From NCBI GenBank assembly GCA_945949405.1, contig CAMFEP010000001.1, positions 1 through 53,002 of the forward strand: DNA of 53,002 nt, in the 5' to 3' direction. This DNA comes from Kiritimatiellales bacterium. GTDB taxonomy: Bacteria > Verrucomicrobiota > Kiritimatiellia > UBA8416 > JAIOPI01. The notes under the pieces are model-generated. The model ran no database searches, was not told the origin of the DNA, and saw nothing but the letters and a program-made list of their open reading frames with translations. Within the stretch, counting starts at the first letter, position 1; the number at the start of each line of letters is the position of its first letter. Shown here in pieces: positions 35,601 through 41,264 of the stretch. The translations under genes were made by a program, and so were the position numbers.

Positions 35601-37315
35601 GGGTGGCGGCCACGGACAACGACCGTGTCGACCAGGTGCTGCTCGAATGGCGGCGCAACGGGGGCGCCTGGTTGAACGTCACGCTCGCGTTGACGCAGAT
35701 TTCCGGCGTGTACACGGGCATCATTCCCGCGCCGGGCTTCACGGGCGATCAGTTCCAATACCGCCTGCTCGCGCGCGATGGCGCGGGCCTGCAGTCCGCC
35801 GCGGGGCCCTATGCGTTCAGCGTCGCCTATCCCGTGGCGATGTTGTCTCCCGCCGATTTTGGAACACTTGAATTACCGCGTAATTCGGACACGCGCGAAA
35901 TTCTGACCATCGGCAACGCCGGGCACGACGACCTGACCTGGACCTTGCGCCATTATCCCGTGGGGCTGAACGAGGGCGCCGAGCAGGGCACGAACGGATG
36001 GACGCACGGCGGGACGCTGGACGCCTGGCACATCGCTTCGTGGCGTGCCTATTCGGGGACCAACGCCTGGTATCTCGGCAGCGACGCTTCGCGGCAATAC
36101 CCGGACAGCGTCAAGGCCTGGCTGCAATCGCCGCCGGTGTTGTTGGGTACGAACGCGCTGTTTTCCTTCCGGCAGTGGTTGAGCACCGAGGCGCTAAAGG
36201 ATGCGACCCACGCCTGGGACGGCGCCATCGTCGAGCTCTCGACCAATCATGGCGCGTCCTTCGCGCAGATCGCCCCGGTGGGTGGCTATCCCTACGCGAT
36301 CTACGGGCACTCGGCGTCGGCCTTCACCAACGAAACGCCCTGCTTCGCCGGAACGGGCGGCTGGCAACAGGTGGAATTCAATCTCGCCGCCTATGCGGGG
36401 CAGACGGTGCGCCTGCGGCTGCTCTTTGGTGCGGACGGGTTCGTGGTTAACGAAGGCTGGTACGTCGACGATCTGGCCGTGACGCCCTACGGCGGCGCGG
36501 ACGACTGGATCAGCACCGCGTATTCCAACGGAAATATCGTGGCGCAGGATGAGTTCGCGGTGCAGGTTTTTGCACGCACGGACACGCTGGCGCCGGGCGA
36601 GATCCGCCGGGCGATTTTGTATCTGGAGTCGAACGACCCGCTGCAACCCGCGCAAGTGGCGCCGATCGCGCTGCACAACATTTCGCGGGTGATCGAAGTG
36701 AGCACCAGCGGGGCGGGCACCGTGACGCCGCCCGGGCCGGTGTGGATGATCCTGGGGCAGAGCACGAATTTCCTGATCGCCGCCGGCGCGTATCACGCCA
36801 TTGGCGACATCCAGACCAACGGGATTTCCGCGGGTGGTGCGTTTGGCGGCACGGTCACGAATTTTATCTGGGCCAATATTGGGTTTGCCGCGGGGACGGG
36901 GACGCTGCACGTTGTTTTTGCGCCGGACCTGACCACCAACGGGGTGCCGCTGGGCTGGCTCGTCGCGTACGGGCTGACCAACGACCCGCCCGGCACGGAA
37001 GCGCTGGCGGATCAGGATCTGGACACGATGCAGGCGTGGGAGGAGTACATTGCCGGCACGGACCCGACCGCCGCGACGTCCCGGCTGGCGATTGCGCAAC
37101 TCGCGGCGATGGGGACGAATGCCGGAACCTTCGTGACCATGACGTGGGGCAGCGTGACCGGGCGTGTTTATACGATCTATGCGGCCACCAACGACCCGAG
37201 TTTCTTCAGCCCGCTGCCGTTGGAACACCCTGCGACCCCGCCGCTCAACACCTACACCGGGGCCGCGCCGCTCACTGGGTTCTTCCGCCTGGGCGTGGCG
37301 TGGCCGGGGGAGTGA
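32639..37315 (+). CDS. Very large membrane-anchored subtilisin-like (S8) serine protease with P-domain and multiple accessory domains
   Basis: 1,558 aa with N-terminal TM anchor IIGLVAGVSLLAVCVYLA. Catalytic triad context: VAVWDAG (Asp), HSTHVGGTIAA (His), GTSMATPSAMGAAALL (Ser). P-domain-like: TLCWTDPAG...HDLDLRVISPGG. TSP3-like: DLDNDGVADWWEQYYFGG...DHDGDGFSSLKEYQDQTDPQD. C-terminal module ends TGFFRLGV. Confidence 0.85.
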   Translation: MRYTSHIIGLVAGVSLLAVCVYLAHRHGVTPPRPGDAPAPAVAAAATGTTTGVPAPHAQSGGVPDPAAIAAAEDARTNVASPWAVHDLADDASRDAWSDAVRAREEAERPAAESAAAKADVPTTGEEGGSTYQFVTVRDGRVYVRATRNENAAISAAANLVRAPPYTLDGTGTTVAVWDAGSVRISHQEFTGRLTLRNSVAAHIHSTHVGGTIAAAGVNAAAKGMAPASKLDSYDWNFDTAEMITAAMATPGQAGKIQLSNHSYGFQAGWFGGTWYGTWSTNRESDSFGMYDAFAAELDAIAYNAPYYLHFKAAGNDRNDTAPSTGTFFTYFDQTGSHVKPYDPNTDPFSDNWDNGGYDSLPLEANAKNIMTVGAVNDAVSGGLRSLADGTMSSFSSWGPTDDGRIKPDLVANGVSLFSSSSLGDASYYNSSGTSMATPSAMGAAALLIQHYGRTFPGNYMRASMIKGLLLHTADDRGAAGPDYQFGWGLINAHAAVRQIDAHALNTNALRMVEDTIAASGQTNVYRFQWDRGSPIKATLCWTDPAGAARSGMDNRSSVLVHDLDLRVISPGGITNFPFVLSVTNPVAPATTGDNRLDNVEQVLIAAPSEQGEYEVRVALGGALTTGTQAYAMLIGGATVAPQIHHTALINTTNATTPYVVEALITSEVILDPGRQKLIWNTSGPGPPWFTNDLALVSNDLYRAEIPGQAQGTTVYYYLEAAAANGIVGRSPVTAPAQVHRFTVVEAFTLFVTGQPTEVPGVTPAYGFNSFPSGVTVHASAPYYSPPTNGMRDVCVGWVGCCGIPSAGTTNSLDFVIIRNAFLEWQWSKAYSLVQSSGPSGVINAESWWVSGTTGQTVVAQAPMALNGTNYMFAGWSVDGLRLPDATNRATNPAGGIFMQAPRQAVAQYLPETQDLDNDGVADWWEQYYFGGLSTALNVDHDGDGFSSLKEYQDQTDPQDAGSVPMPPSIAHTPLENPQGLPAPWAVGVAATDNDRVDQVLLEWRRNGGAWLNVTLALTQISGVYTGIIPAPGFTGDQFQYRLLARDGAGLQSAAGPYAFSVAYPVAMLSPADFGTLELPRNSDTREILTIGNAGHDDLTWTLRHYPVGLNEGAEQGTNGWTHGGTLDAWHIASWRAYSGTNAWYLGSDASRQYPDSVKAWLQSPPVLLGTNALFSFRQWLSTEALKDATHAWDGAIVELSTNHGASFAQIAPVGGYPYAIYGHSASAFTNETPCFAGTGGWQQVEFNLAAYAGQTVRLRLLFGADGFVVNEGWYVDDLAVTPYGGADDWISTAYSNGNIVAQDEFAVQVFARTDTLAPGEIRRAILYLESNDPLQPAQVAPIALHNISRVIEVSTSGAGTVTPPGPVWMILGQSTNFLIAAGAYHAIGDIQTNGISAGGAFGGTVTNFIWANIGFAAGTGTLHVVFAPDLTTNGVPLGWLVAYGLTNDPPGTEALADQDLDTMQAWEEYIAGTDPTAATSRLAIAQLAAMGTNAGTFVTMTWGSVTGRVYTIYAATNDPSFFSPLPLEHPATPPLNTYTGAAPLTGFFRLGVAWPGE

Positions 37316-37352
37316 TCGTTTAGGATGCCGACCGAGGGCGCGCACGAGCGAT

Positions 37353-38162
37353 TCAATCAAAGCCGCCACGATAGGACGGGGCCACGTCGGGGAACTGCCG
37401 CCGCCGCGCGAGGCGGCCCTCCATCCAGCGGCGCGCGCCGGGAGGTAGGCTGGCCAGATGTTCTGCGGGAAGGGCGCGGTCGTCGAAGTTGTAAAAATGC
37501 CAGGTGGGCGGCCGCTGGCGGGAATGATACCCGATGTGCAGCGTGCGCCGCGGTTGCGTGAAATCACAATAGCCGCGGTGAATCATGTTGTTGTGGTAGA
37601 GGGCGGCCTGGCCCGCCAGCAGGTGCAGGCGCCGTCCCCCGGGCATGACCGCAGACTCGGGGGCCAAATGCCGGCTGCCGCCAAACGCCTGTTCTTCGCC
37701 CTTCGTATTGGGCCGTTGGTGGCTTGCCGGCACTGCCCAGAACGCATCGTCATCCGCCAGCGCCAGATTGAGTTGGACGTTATTGTGTCGCCATTGCGGC
37801 GAGAACATGGCGTCGGTGATGTGATCCACCGGCACCTGCAAGACGTCGCGATGCCATCCCTGATGATAGCCGACCCCCGGCTCGGCCGCCAGCAGCGCCG
37901 CGTTGTCCAGCAGCAGCGGTCCGCCTCCCAGGATGCGCGAAACAGAGTCGATCAAGAGCGGGTGATCGAGCGCGTCCAGCAGCGTGGCGTCCTGATTGCC
38001 CGGTAGCAGCAGGGGAATGTAGTGAAATTGAGGCTTCGCGGCGAAGCGAGGCTGGCGCATGACCGCATCCGCCGCTGCCCGCCACCGCGCCAGCACCACC
38101 GGCGCCAGCACGTCGAGAATCAGATAGCCGTTGTGCTGAAATTCTTCGAGATCGATGGTCAT
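37353..38162 (-). CDS. Phytanoyl-CoA dioxygenase (PhyH) family protein
   Basis: ORF 37353..38357. Start taken at MTIDLEEFQHNGYLIL (ATG 38162); ATG 38186 is also possible. Motifs: GWHRDV, WAVPASHQRP, GQAALYHNNMIHRG. Confidence 0.7.
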   Translation of the reverse strand: MTIDLEEFQHNGYLILDVLAPVVLARWRAAADAVMRQPRFAAKPQFHYIPLLLPGNQDATLLDALDHPLLIDSVSRILGGGPLLLDNAALLAAEPGVGYHQGWHRDVLQVPVDHITDAMFSPQWRHNNVQLNLALADDDAFWAVPASHQRPNTKGEEQAFGGSRHLAPESAVMPGGRRLHLLAGQAALYHNNMIHRGYCDFTQPRRTLHIGYHSRQRPPTWHFYNFDDRALPAEHLASLPPGARRWMEGRLARRRQFPDVAPSYRGGFD

Positions 38163-38375
38163 GCTTCGCTCATTCACGCTGGTCATTTGCCACGGCGCGG
38201 GGCCGAACCACCGGTCTGGCGCGAGCCCCACTGCCGCAATGATAATAGACTGGTTGGCCCACGCAAGCGGGTTTGCGGGGCCTTCGGAAAGACTCGTCGG
38301 GTCCCATTTTCTGTTTTCGTGGTCTGCCCCTCGCGGCGCTTCCACGAAAAGAGTCATACCGAACTACGGATTGAA

Positions 38376-39638
38376 CTACGGCTGGCCCTTATTCGTTTCC
38401 AGACTCCGTAAAAGTGCAGCGCCCCGTTCCGAGATGGTTTTGATCAGACGCTCAGCCATGGCCGCATCTTCCGCGACGTTTCGCACACGAGGGTCCTGCA
38501 GGGCATTAACAGCAATTCGAGAGAGGGACGCCATGCGCTCGCGCATCATGGGCCAGCCTAGACGCGTCTCCTGGGCCATTTTCCGCCAATGCGTGGGCGT
38601 GATTTCATTGATGGACTCGGCGCCTCCAATCTTCATTGCCGGGGTCTTCGACAGTTCGGGCCAGGCCAACGTGCAAACCAGATCATAGAACGGTGCGAGT
38701 CTCCGTTCGTCGCCACGGTAGAGGATGGAGAAGTTTTTGCCGTGGGCGTCGGCATTGCCAATCAGCATGTTGAAGATCAGGCCATCGAGGAAATCTCGAA
38801 TGTCCAGCACCGGCGTGGTGGACCACTCGCGGAGCAGCCCGATGCAATCGCGGAGCAACGGTCCGCCCTCCGCCTGGTATTTGCGTTCCGGCGGAAATCC
38901 GAGCGCCTGGCAGAAATCCTCCTGGTGAACGCGTGTGACGACACTGTCGGCGCCAATCAGCCGATCGTATCGTTCGACCAGGATGCAGGCTTTGTCGCCG
39001 ACCCGCCGACTGTGGACCGCGGGCACGCGCAAGCCAATCGTCCGGGCGAGCGTCATGCAGAACAGTTCGTTGGCGGCCAGTCCGGGCAAACGATCCGGCT
39101 CAGGTTTTAAGATATGGGTGCTCGGTGTATTTCCGAGCGGCAAGGCGATGCCGGACTCGCGCACCACGACCGGTAGCTTGTCTTGCGCGCCGGCAAGAGA
39201 GAGTCGTATGCCTTCCTCGCCCGCCATCAGCGGACGACGGGGAAGTTCGGCGACAACATCCTGCAGCTCCTTCTCGCTCAGCTGGCGCAACCGCGTTTCG
39301 CCGATAGCGGGTGGCGCAACACCTTCGGGCAACAGACAGACCGCGCCCGCGCATTCGCCCCCGATCCGTTCCAGCATGGCAAAATCGTTGGCATCGCTGA
39401 TGCCGAGAATGGCGGCGATCTGCCGCCGCGGCCCCTCTTCGGGCAGGATGCCGGCGAAGAAGGCGCGAGCATGCTTTCCCCGGAATGCTTCGTCCTGCAA
39501 GGGAAGCATTCGCGAAAGTGGCCGTGCCGCAGGATTCCGAATCCAATCAGGTCTATAACGGAACTCGGCGATGTCGTTGTCGTCCTCTTCGAGCGTGCCG
39601 ACCGCTTCACTGTTCAGGTAGACGACTAAACGTTTCAT
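38376..39638 (-). CDS. hipA: HipA-family serine/threonine kinase toxin
   Basis: 420 aa. MKRLVVYLNSEAVGTLEE..., SLAGAQDKLPV, THILKP, VERYDR, VHQEDFCQALG, NADAHGKNFSILY. ATGA overlap with hipB. Confidence 0.9.
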   Translation of the reverse strand: MKRLVVYLNSEAVGTLEEDDNDIAEFRYRPDWIRNPAARPLSRMLPLQDEAFRGKHARAFFAGILPEEGPRRQIAAILGISDANDFAMLERIGGECAGAVCLLPEGVAPPAIGETRLRQLSEKELQDVVAELPRRPLMAGEEGIRLSLAGAQDKLPVVVRESGIALPLGNTPSTHILKPEPDRLPGLAANELFCMTLARTIGLRVPAVHSRRVGDKACILVERYDRLIGADSVVTRVHQEDFCQALGFPPERKYQAEGGPLLRDCIGLLREWSTTPVLDIRDFLDGLIFNMLIGNADAHGKNFSILYRGDERRLAPFYDLVCTLAWPELSKTPAMKIGGAESINEITPTHWRKMAQETRLGWPMMRERMASLSRIAVNALQDPRVRNVAEDAAMAERLIKTISERGAALLRSLETNKGQP

Positions 39639-39874
39639 GGTTTGCTGTTCCCGATTCTGTCGGAACCGGAACTATCAGCTTGCAGTTTGATCCCCAGAGC
39701 CTGGAGCACCTGCAGGATCTTCCCGATGTGGCAGGTGGGCTTGCCGCCCTCAAGATCAATGATGAAGCGCAGGCCGGTGCCGCAGGTCATGGCCAGGTCT
39801 TTCTGGGTAACCCGTAATTCCTTGCGCCGAGCGCGGATGAGGATTCCAAGCTGCTCTGTGCTGGTAATATTCAT
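39635..39874 (-). CDS. hipB: HipB-like XRE-family HTH antitoxin
   Basis: ORF 39635..39898. ATG 39874 (MNITSTEQLGILIRARRKELRVTQKDLAMTCGTGLRFIIDLEGGKPT) is preferred because the upstream 24 nt are an operator palindrome. Confidence 0.8.
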   Translation of the reverse strand: MNITSTEQLGILIRARRKELRVTQKDLAMTCGTGLRFIIDLEGGKPTCHIGKILQVLQALGIKLQADSSGSDRIGNSKP

Positions 39875-39876
39875 AG

Positions 39877-39989
39877 TTCCCGTTCGGGAATATTCCATAT
39901 GCGCTTCGTCTCGTCAATTCATAAAGTTCCCGAACGGTAATATTTATTACATCGCGCCGACGCCAGGTGAATATGTTCCCGATCGGGAG
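39877..39989. promoter_or_regulatory. Three phased palindromic operators upstream of hipBA
   Basis: TTCCCGTTCGGGAA (39877-39890, perfect), TTCCCGAACGGTAA (39927-39940), TTCCCGATCGGGAG (39976-39989). Spacing is 50 and 49 bp. Flanks are shared ((A/T)(A/T)G before, TAT after the first two). Confidence 0.65.
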
Positions 39990-40172
39990 TGCCCGCAACC
40001 AAACATAGCCGCCAACCTGATCGCCCAGCTATGGACAACCTCGTCATGATGCGGGCGTCTTTCCTGTTTGTCGGCAACTGGCGTTCGCTTCGGGAACACG
40101 CCGTCGGCGAGAAGGCGGCCGTGGAGCGCAATGGCAGGACGTACTGCTCGGCGTCGTGGCTCGAGCCCTTCT

Positions 40173-40182
40173 CCCCCCCCCC
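40173..40182. repeat. C10 homopolymer (G10 on the gene strand) abutting the AraC-family stop codon
   Basis: Plus strand reads CT-CCCCCCCCCC-TCA. On the minus strand, TGA (40185-40183) is followed immediately by G10. Confidence 0.9.
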
Positions 40183-41082
40183 TCACGATTTGGCATGCCG
40201 GCTGCCCTTGTGGCGGTGGCGGTAGGTGCCGGGGGTACAGCAAAAGTGGCGCCGGAAGACGCGATCGAGGTGACTTTCGTGGGAGAAATCCCAGTCGAAG
40301 GCGATGGCCTTGATGGGAAAGTCGGTGAGGCTTAAATCCTGCGCGACGCCGTTCAGCCGACAGCGCAGGCCGAACTTCGCGAAGGAAACGCCCATTTCCT
40401 TCTCGAAGTGGCGGCTGAAGTGATCAACTGGCAGCTTGAGGCTGTCCGCCATCATCTCGGTGGTGAGGAGGCGGCGCGACTGCATGGCCTGGTTGGCGGC
40501 GAGGAGGACGTCGGTGTCGCGTTCGCGGTGGTGCTGCGGCACGGCGTCGGCAGCCGCAGTATTCATGAGGGCGAGCAGGGTCTCCATCAGAATCAACTGG
40601 ACGCGAATATCGCCGGTATCATGGCGCTGATGCACGGCCTCGGCGAAGCGTCGGCCCAAGGCCAGCATGGCATCGCGCTGCGCGGGCGGCACACGTCCCC
40701 GTTCTGTCGGCGGCGACTGAAACGGCGCCAACCAGTCGATGGGGGTGCCGCCGGGCAGGCGCGTCTCCACCAACAGCCCCCGCCGAAAAATCAGGAAGAC
40801 CAGATCGCAGGGAGCCTGCACGATCTGGTAGCCGTGCGGTTCGAAGGCGTCGTGCAGCCAAACCTCGCCGGGGCCGAGGTCGCGCTTGACCGGCCCCCAG
40901 AAGCGACGGACGCACCCTTTCAGCACCATCCCGAATTCCAGATCGTCATGGATGTCGAACCAGGGATGCCGATCCACCGGCTTGTCCACGCGGATGTCGC
41001 CCGTCATGGGGGCGCTGGCCGAAAGGTGGAAGTCGTAACGGATCAGGGCGGTTTTTGGGGGCTTTGTCTGCTTCCGCTTCAC
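40183..41082 (-). CDS. AraC-family transcriptional regulator (cupin N-domain plus HTH)
   Basis: 299 aa, GTG start in the track; ATG 41007 is an alternative. Cupin-like: HPWFDIHDDLEFGMVLKG...WLHDAFEPHGY. C-terminal HTH: MADSLKLPVDHFSRHFEKEMGVSFAKF...IKAIAFDWDFSHESHLDRVFRRHFCCTPGTYR. Confidence 0.85.
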   Translation of the reverse strand: MKRKQTKPPKTALIRYDFHLSASAPMTGDIRVDKPVDRHPWFDIHDDLEFGMVLKGCVRRFWGPVKRDLGPGEVWLHDAFEPHGYQIVQAPCDLVFLIFRRGLLVETRLPGGTPIDWLAPFQSPPTERGRVPPAQRDAMLALGRRFAEAVHQRHDTGDIRVQLILMETLLALMNTAAADAVPQHHRERDTDVLLAANQAMQSRRLLTTEMMADSLKLPVDHFSRHFEKEMGVSFAKFGLRCRLNGVAQDLSLTDFPIKAIAFDWDFSHESHLDRVFRRHFCCTPGTYRHRHKGSRHAKS

Positions 41083-41084
41083 GG

Positions 41085-41127
41085 TGCGGAATTATGCTGG
41101 AGGCCTTGGGATATGCAAGTCGGAAAG
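41085..41127 (+). promoter_or_regulatory. Conserved upstream motif, copy 1 (direct repeats GGAATTATGC / GGGATATGC 20 bp apart)
   Basis: TGCGGAATTATGCTGGAG-GCCTTGGG-ATATGCAAGTCGGAAAG. Nearly identical to 44373-44416. Lies between the AraC-family gene start and the beta-helix gene. Confidence 0.6.
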
Positions 41128-41191
41128 GGTGCCAATCGGGGCCCGCCAAGGTATTGATGGAAGCGCGCAGCATGCTCTCGCGCAGCGCGGT

Positions 41192-41204
41192 GGGGGGGGG
41201 GGGG
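41192..41204 (+). repeat. G13 homopolymer in the leader/promoter region of the beta-helix gene
   Basis: The sequence reads GCGGT-GGGGGGGGGGGGG-CGGCG. It lies 61 nt upstream of ATG 41265 and 65 nt downstream of the conserved motif. Confidence 0.9.
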
Positions 41205-41264
41205 CGGCGAACCGTTCATGTTCGATTCCGGCGGTGCAGATCCCGTCGACGAAAGGGTAGGGCC

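Noticed and set aside
41097-41117. Sigma-54 promoter inside the conserved motif (CTGGAG ... ATATGCA)
   Set aside because: The GG and GC elements are 14 nt apart instead of the 10 nt required by the TGGCAC-N5-TTGC consensus, in both copies.
41055-41264. Upstream extensions of the two large genes (track starts 41055 and TTG 44417)
   Set aside because: The extensions read through the conserved regulatory motif and the G13 tract (…SAVGGGGRR…). They lack signal-peptide character, whereas ATG 41265 and ATG 44516 are each followed immediately by a classical signal peptide.
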